Source: Bdellovibrionota bacterium (lineage in GTDB: Bacteria; Bdellovibrionota; UBA1018; CAIPTA01; JAALKR01). Taken from it: 64,000 nt of DNA. Each line of letters begins with the position of its first letter. Positions within the stretch are counted from its first letter, which is position 1. The stretch lies in the NCBI GenBank assembly GCA_965207455.1, contig CBDBMJ010000003.1:64001-128000 (forward strand), given 5' to 3'. The position numbers and the translations under genes are program-made. Of the stretch, positions 58,767 through 64,000 are shown in pieces. Under the pieces are notes generated by a model. The model worked only from the letters and a program-made list of their open reading frames with translations. It was not told where the DNA came from and did not search any database.

Positions 58767-58845
58767 CGGGATGTAGCGCAGCTTGGCTTAGCGCACTTGC
58801 ATGGGGTGCAAGGGGTCGCTGGTTCGAATCCAGTCATCCCGACCA
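58767..58845 (+). tRNA. tRNA-Pro(GGG)
   Basis: CGGGATG/CATCCCG acceptor, CTTGC-ATGGGGT-GCAAG, GGTTCGAATCC, CCA. Confidence 0.96.
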
Positions 58846-59251
58846 AAACAAATCACTACCCACTGGTTGAACCTAACTTGCCCTCTAATGCAAAAAAGCT
58901 AGAGGATTCGAACGCGGAGTAATGACCTGCGCTGGTTCCGAGTAAGCGAGGAACTAGTGTGGGGAAAAAAATCTTTTGATGATTTTTTAAATTACGCAGG
59001 GGAGCCTACGCAATAAAATCCCTGGATGGGATTTTATGTAGTGGGTTGAATCCAGTCATCCCGACCAAAACAAATCACTACCCACTGGTTGAACCTAACT
59101 TGCCCTCTAATGCAAAAAAGCTAGAGGATTCGAACGCGGAGTAATGACCTGCGCTGCGACCAAAACAAATCACTACCCACTGGTTGAACCTAACTTGCCC
59201 TCTAATGCAAAAAAGCTAGAGGATTCGAACGCGGAGTAATGACCTGCGCTG
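58826..59251 (+). repeat. tRNA-linked repeat array: three identical 95-bp units plus duplicated tRNA 3' end
   Basis: Units 58840-58934, 59062-59156, 59157-59251; GAATCCAGTCATCCCGACCA repeated at 59048-59067. Confidence 0.92.
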
Positions 59252-59479
59252 CGAATTGACTCATAAAAAACGGGGTTGTTGCATAAATAGCTCCAAATTG
59301 AGTCTGTGAGAGACCTCTAATGCCCTCTAGGGTTCTTGAGGCGCCTGACTACTCATTTAGGAATGCTCCCTCTCCTCCACTATTACCTAAAAGATATGTG
59401 GATGGGCTCCCTATACCCCAAAATCAATCCTTACAAAATATTATGCAACAACCCACTTTTCAATGTTAATATTTACAAT

Positions 59480-60406
59480 ATGTTGCCTAGACCAATCATA
59501 CCCTCACTGACTCTCACCTTTAGCCTCTTCTTTTTTAGCTTTTTCTTGGCTTCTCCCCTTTCTGCTAAAATTCAGAAAAAACCGTGCAGCCCCTTTGCTC
59601 AAAAAGGTTGCATGCCACCACCATCTCTAAGCGCCTGCCCATCAAAAAAGATTCTAAAAAACATTCAAGACAAGTCCATCCAGTACCAAGTGATAACAGC
59701 AATCCTTGATCATAAGTGTGAGGAGGAAGCAAAAGCAGTGTTCCCTCGCTTGAGCACAGATCCTTATGTGCATACTAGGCGCTTAGTGACCCGTGCATTG
59801 TACCTAGGAAAATTCTGGGATCTGGGAAAGGAGCTCTTTCCCAAACTGGCTCGCGATAAGGATTCAAGCGTACGAAATAATGTGGTAGCTGCTATGGTCA
59901 GGAGTCAAGACAAAGAGCTTGCAGGAACTATTTTTCATCAACTAATAAACGACACCTCCAGTGATATACGAAAGAATATTGCCGATGCCATTGGACAAAA
60001 TAAGTTTAAGGCACTTGCCATAGAGCTTCTACCAAAGCTTATAGAAGACAGTGACGATTCCGTACAACAGATAGCCATCGAGTCCATTGGCAGACTAAAG
60101 CTCTTGGGACTGGCCGAAAAATTTTTTCCAACACAGGCCCAGAGCACGAACCAAATCAATCGCTTTAAAGTGGCATACGCCATTGGATCAGGAGGATTTA
60201 CAAAACTAGCCGAAAGATTTTTTCCAACCTTCGCTAAAGATAAAAAAACAAATGTACGACGAGCCACTGCCTCCTCTATCGGCAAATTACAGAGCATAAA
60301 ACTAAGACCACTCTTAGAGGATTTAAAGAAAGATGAGATCCCAGTTGTGAGAAGAATAGCCACTAAAGCTGCAAAGAAACTAGATGCCACGGCTGAAGAA
60401 GAATGA
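59480..60406 (+). CDS. Secreted HEAT-repeat protein
   Basis: Signal peptide from ~59480; repeated L..D....VR...A.AIG units. Confidence 0.82.
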   Translation: MLPRPIIPSLTLTFSLFFFSFFLASPLSAKIQKKPCSPFAQKGCMPPPSLSACPSKKILKNIQDKSIQYQVITAILDHKCEEEAKAVFPRLSTDPYVHTRRLVTRALYLGKFWDLGKELFPKLARDKDSSVRNNVVAAMVRSQDKELAGTIFHQLINDTSSDIRKNIADAIGQNKFKALAIELLPKLIEDSDDSVQQIAIESIGRLKLLGLAEKFFPTQAQSTNQINRFKVAYAIGSGGFTKLAERFFPTFAKDKKTNVRRATASSIGKLQSIKLRPLLEDLKKDEIPVVRRIATKAAKKLDATAEEE

Positions 60407-60417
60407 GCCATGGACGC
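60297..60417. repeat. 121-bp direct repeat, left copy
   Basis: Identical to 62615-62735; 3' end of the HEAT gene plus the next ATG. Confidence 0.95.
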
Positions 60418-61510
60418 AAATGAAAGAAACAAAAAGGCAAGTGAATATACTTACGAGAAGATAAATAATTGCATCAAACACCCCATTTTATTATTAAAAG
60501 AAGATAATGAATACATGGAGTTGATCGACAGTTTTGTAAAAATTAAACAAAAAGGCTTTCGAGGTATTGTTTTAACCGCAATAGTCGGAAAATATCTCAA
60601 TAAAGACTTTAATCCTACTACTCAGTTTTATAACTGTAATCCAAGATCGATTTTTGAAAAAGGAATTCGCCATGCACTTATAAAACATAAAATTCCGCAT
60701 GGAAAATCTGACCCTTTGAATGTTGCAAAAAATATAGACATCTTAGATGAATCTTGGGCAAAAGGGAAGCGACCTGAGTCTGCAGCACTAGCTGTTGTAA
60801 CATTTCTTAGAAAATTACAGGACACAGAATATGAATCAGAAAAATATAAAAAATTAACAGATTTATTTTTCATGAAACTTGTGGAACTTAAAGACGATAT
60901 CGCAATTATTTCGACCAAGCTTCCAAACGTTGAACAATCAGAGCTTATCTTCGCTGAAAAATTAGCTAAGTTCATACATGAGGCACCCGAGGGAGGGGCT
61001 GTTCCACAGTTCGTTTTTGGCGCATTACTCATGGAACTTCGGGCAAGTCAGAAAACAAAAACAACGGTGCATGGCGCCAATGATAGTGTATTCAGCACAA
61101 ATACCGCATCAAGAAAGCCTGGAGACATATGGGAAGAGACAACACAAGGAGAAGTTATTTTTATATATGAGGTAACTGTAAAGCCCATTGATATAAATAG
61201 GCTTCAAGATTGCGCTGAAAACATTTCCAATTTAAAACTTAATTCAATTCCTGTAAAATTTTTATGCAGAATCCCTGAAGACATTAAATCCCTTCCACTT
61301 AAAAATGATTCCCGTGTTTTTATTTATCAAAATGTTGTATTCGAATTTATCTCTCTATCTAATTGGACTGTTGACATCTACACTTCTATTCCCACTGAAA
61401 GTCAAGAGTCTCTGAAGAGAAGAGTTGCTGAATTCATCGCATCTTACGATAGAGAAATAAACACTAAGAAAAAATGGAATATTTTTTTCAATTCTCATCG
61501 CTTATCTTAA
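60410..61510 (+). CDS. Putative type II restriction endonuclease
   Basis: Convergent with a C5 MTase inside the same duplication; PGD...YEVTVK resembles a PD-(D/E)xK core. Confidence 0.65.
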   Translation: MDANERNKKASEYTYEKINNCIKHPILLLKEDNEYMELIDSFVKIKQKGFRGIVLTAIVGKYLNKDFNPTTQFYNCNPRSIFEKGIRHALIKHKIPHGKSDPLNVAKNIDILDESWAKGKRPESAALAVVTFLRKLQDTEYESEKYKKLTDLFFMKLVELKDDIAIISTKLPNVEQSELIFAEKLAKFIHEAPEGGAVPQFVFGALLMELRASQKTKTTVHGANDSVFSTNTASRKPGDIWEETTQGEVIFIYEVTVKPIDINRLQDCAENISNLKLNSIPVKFLCRIPEDIKSLPLKNDSRVFIYQNVVFEFISLSNWTVDIYTSIPTESQESLKRRVAEFIASYDREINTKKKWNIFFNSHRLS

Positions 61511-62547
61511 GCGATATTTTTAATAATTTTTTTACTAATCTCTTGAGCAAGCTTTGGTGGAACAGCATTTCCAATTTGTTTATACTTACTACATTGAGAA
61601 CCTACAAATTTATATTCCTTAGGAAAAGATTGGAGTATGGCTGATTCAAAAACAGTTATTCTTCTCAGAAAACTTGGAACTTCTTTGTACGGCTTCCCAC
61701 CATCTTGCAAGTAGCGATGATATTCCTCTATCCAATTCTCTCTTGTTTCATTTTTTAAAAATTTCTCATCAATAAAAGGAGTTTTATTACCACCCATTGA
61801 TGCCGTCATAGTTATAGCAGGCCTGTCTAAGTCAAGTGGCCGTCCTTGACCATTAAAAAGCATACCAGCATAAGGAGATTTTCTCATAATGGGGTTTTTA
61901 GCAGGAACTATTTTTGCATTACATCTTTCAAAATTTTCTTTTCCCCCTAGAGAAGGAATACCTGTAAGAACATCTCTGACGGTTAATTCATAACTTAGAT
62001 TTTCTTTAGGAAAAAGAGAATCTACGTTAATTTTTAGTTTCTTTTGAACGCCTATGAAAATCGTCCTTTCTCTAGCTTGAGGAACTCCAAAATGTTTGCT
62101 ATTTAATATTTTTATTTCTGTGCAGTATCCTACTTTCTCAGCAGCACTCACCAAGCCTCTCCTTATATCTTCAAATCTGTCATTAATGGCTAAGTTCTTT
62201 ACATTTTCCATTACAAAAACTTTTGGCTTTTTCTCTTTAACGATCCGCATAAATTCCCATACAAGCTGACTCCTTGGGTCTTGTAAGCACATTTTGCCAG
62301 CTACTGAAAATCCCTGGCACGGTGGACCTCCAAAAATAATATCGCAATCTGGTATTTTAGAGGAAGAAATTTCTCTTATGTCACCTATAGTAATATGGTT
62401 TTCAAAATTCTTTCTATATGTGGCTACTGCTGATGGATCTATTTCATTTGCCCAAATAATACTAATACCAGCATTTTTGAATCCCAGATCCATTCCACCA
62501 GCACCAGAAAATAGAGAAACACCCCTAAGTTTTTTTCTTCTGCCCAT
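61507..62547 (-). CDS. DNA (cytosine-5)-methyltransferase
   Basis: SLFSGAGG, GGPPCQGFS, ENV, Q.RER, YKQIGNAVPP. Confidence 0.96.
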   Translation of the reverse strand: MGRRKKLRGVSLFSGAGGMDLGFKNAGISIIWANEIDPSAVATYRKNFENHITIGDIREISSSKIPDCDIIFGGPPCQGFSVAGKMCLQDPRSQLVWEFMRIVKEKKPKVFVMENVKNLAINDRFEDIRRGLVSAAEKVGYCTEIKILNSKHFGVPQARERTIFIGVQKKLKINVDSLFPKENLSYELTVRDVLTGIPSLGGKENFERCNAKIVPAKNPIMRKSPYAGMLFNGQGRPLDLDRPAITMTASMGGNKTPFIDEKFLKNETRENWIEEYHRYLQDGGKPYKEVPSFLRRITVFESAILQSFPKEYKFVGSQCSKYKQIGNAVPPKLAQEISKKIIKNIA

Positions 62548-62614
62548 ATATCTTTTCCCTCAACTGTCACTATGATAATTAATAAATAGAGTTAGTACAA
62601 TAGAAATATAGAGC

Positions 62615-62735
62615 TAAAACTAAGACCACTCTTAGAGGATTTAAAGAAAGATGAGATCCCAGTTGTGAGAAGAATAGCCACTAAAGCTGCAAAGAAACTA
62701 GATGCCACGGCTGAAGAAGAATGAGCCATGGACGC
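62615..62735. repeat. 121-bp direct repeat, right copy
   Basis: Identical to 60297-60417. Confidence 0.95.
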
Positions 62736-63027
62736 CTTGAGCTTAGGTGAAAATTCACTATCAAAATGGAAGGACAAGCACTCCACAGGCTCATAAATAC
62801 TGGAAACCACCCGTGATTTATCCTGCAACCCATATTAACGCAATGCATAAATTAAGATGACTTAGGGGAAAGCCTCCTCAATAAATCTCGAACTCATGGC
62901 CTAGATAGAGGCTAAAAATAGAAAAAACACTTTCCAATCCAAGGAATATACTGTAGGAAAATAGATTAAGTTATATGCTATAGTTTTACTGTAGCTGTTG
63001 TGAGAAAAACGTGGAGACCTTGTGAGA

Positions 63028-64000
63028 ATGGATCTATTTGATAAATGCACATCTTATACGGACGCAAAGATTGCTCTAAAAAATAATTGTTATCCCTATT
63101 TTCGAGCCATTGAGAGCAGCACTGGCACTCAGGTTTTCTGTGACGGCAGGGAACGCATTATGATTGGCTCTAACAACTATTTAGGGCTAACCCAGCACCC
63201 CCGGGTAATGCAGGCATCGATATCTGCCATTGAAAAGTACGGAACGGGCTGTACAGGATCTCGCTTCTTAAACGGCAATATGGACATCCACGAAGAGTTG
63301 GAAGAGAGATTAGCCAAGTATCTGAATCGGGATGCAGCCCTTGTCTATGCCTCTGGTTTTCTTGCCAATTTGGGGACCATTTCCTGCCTAGCTGGCAGAA
63401 AAGACGTTATTTTCTCGGACCGGGAGAACCATGCTTCCATTGTGGAGGCCCAAAATATTGCCCCAGCACAGGTGGTTCGCTATCGCCACAACGATATGGA
63501 GGAGTTGGAGCGCTTATTGAAAGTGCATGAGGACGCCCCCGGCAAGCTCATTGTTTTCGATGGTGTCTTTTCCATGACTGGAGATATTGTTCCTTTACCT
63601 CGAATTGTGGAGTTAGCGGAAAAATACGGAGCGCGCCTGTATTGCGACTGCGCCCATGCCCTTGGCGTAATTGGAAAAGAGGGGCGAGGAACTGCCCACC
63701 ACTTTGGTCTAAACGACAAGGTGGATATCACCATGGGAACATTCTCCAAAAGTTTTGCTTCACTGGGTGGCTTTGTGGCTGCCTCAGACGATGTCATTCA
63801 TTTCATAAAACACAAGAGTAGGAGCTTTATGTTTTCTGCGGCCCTATCTCCAGCCAGTGTGGCTACTGCTCTGGAGTCTCTTAAGGTGGTTCAAGAGGAA
63901 CCTGAGCACTTGGCGTCCCTTTGGAAAAATACTCGCTACATGAAAAGCAATCTAGATAATATGGGATACAATACCTTGGATTCAGAAACGCCTGTGATTC
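63028..64000 (+). CDS. PLP-dependent alpha-oxoamine synthase, serine palmitoyltransferase-like (partial)
   Basis: Not in ORF track; MDLFDKC..YPYFRAIE..GSNNYLGL..GTGCTGSRFLNG..NHASI..GTFSKSFASLGG. Confidence 0.88.
   Translation, partial: MDLFDKCTSYTDAKIALKNNCYPYFRAIESSTGTQVFCDGRERIMIGSNNYLGLTQHPRVMQASISAIEKYGTGCTGSRFLNGNMDIHEELEERLAKYLNRDAALVYASGFLANLGTISCLAGRKDVIFSDRENHASIVEAQNIAPAQVVRYRHNDMEELERLLKVHEDAPGKLIVFDGVFSMTGDIVPLPRIVELAEKYGARLYCDCAHALGVIGKEGRGTAHHFGLNDKVDITMGTFSKSFASLGGFVAASDDVIHFIKHKSRSFMFSAALSPASVATALESLKVVQEEPEHLASLWKNTRYMKSNLDNMGYNTLDSETPVI

Noticed and set aside
58840..59251. CRISPR array
   Set aside because: Units are 95 bp, two are directly adjacent with no spacer, and there are no cas genes
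62592..62828. 78-aa ORF matching part of the antisense ORF 59938..60432
   Set aside because: Shadow of the 121-bp duplication on the non-coding strand

Overview
Bacterial chromosomal window, probably from a Bdellovibrionota/deltaproteobacterial lineage (inferred from gene content). Core blocks: pantothenate/CoA genes (coaX-hyp-panB-ilvC, divergent panD-rmuC), 2-oxoacid dehydrogenase E1, phoBR-pstSCAB-phoU, envelope genes, a flagellar operon flgFGAHI-J-M-N-K-L-csrA-fliW, folD-gcvTH, xseB-tlyA-patatin-mrcA-tonB, ssb, recQ, two tRNAs and a partial serine-palmitoyltransferase-like gene. Small AT-rich accessory islets lie between them: two paralogous secreted proteins with an identical 97-bp tail, AbiE and HipAB toxin-antitoxin modules with damaged toxins, a frameshifted AAA ATPase and a type II R-M pair. 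Best candidate for something new: an unannotated ~175-nt element between flgI and flgJ with a sigma54-type promoter, three GGA-loop hairpins and a terminator-like stem. It looks like a CsrA-binding sRNA or attenuator inside a csrA-fliW operon. Also notable: integrase-free islets flanked by duplicated host gene sequence, a structured repeat array after tRNA-Pro, and several intact but catalytically degenerate enzymes. All calls come from reading motifs by eye; no searches or folding programs were run.
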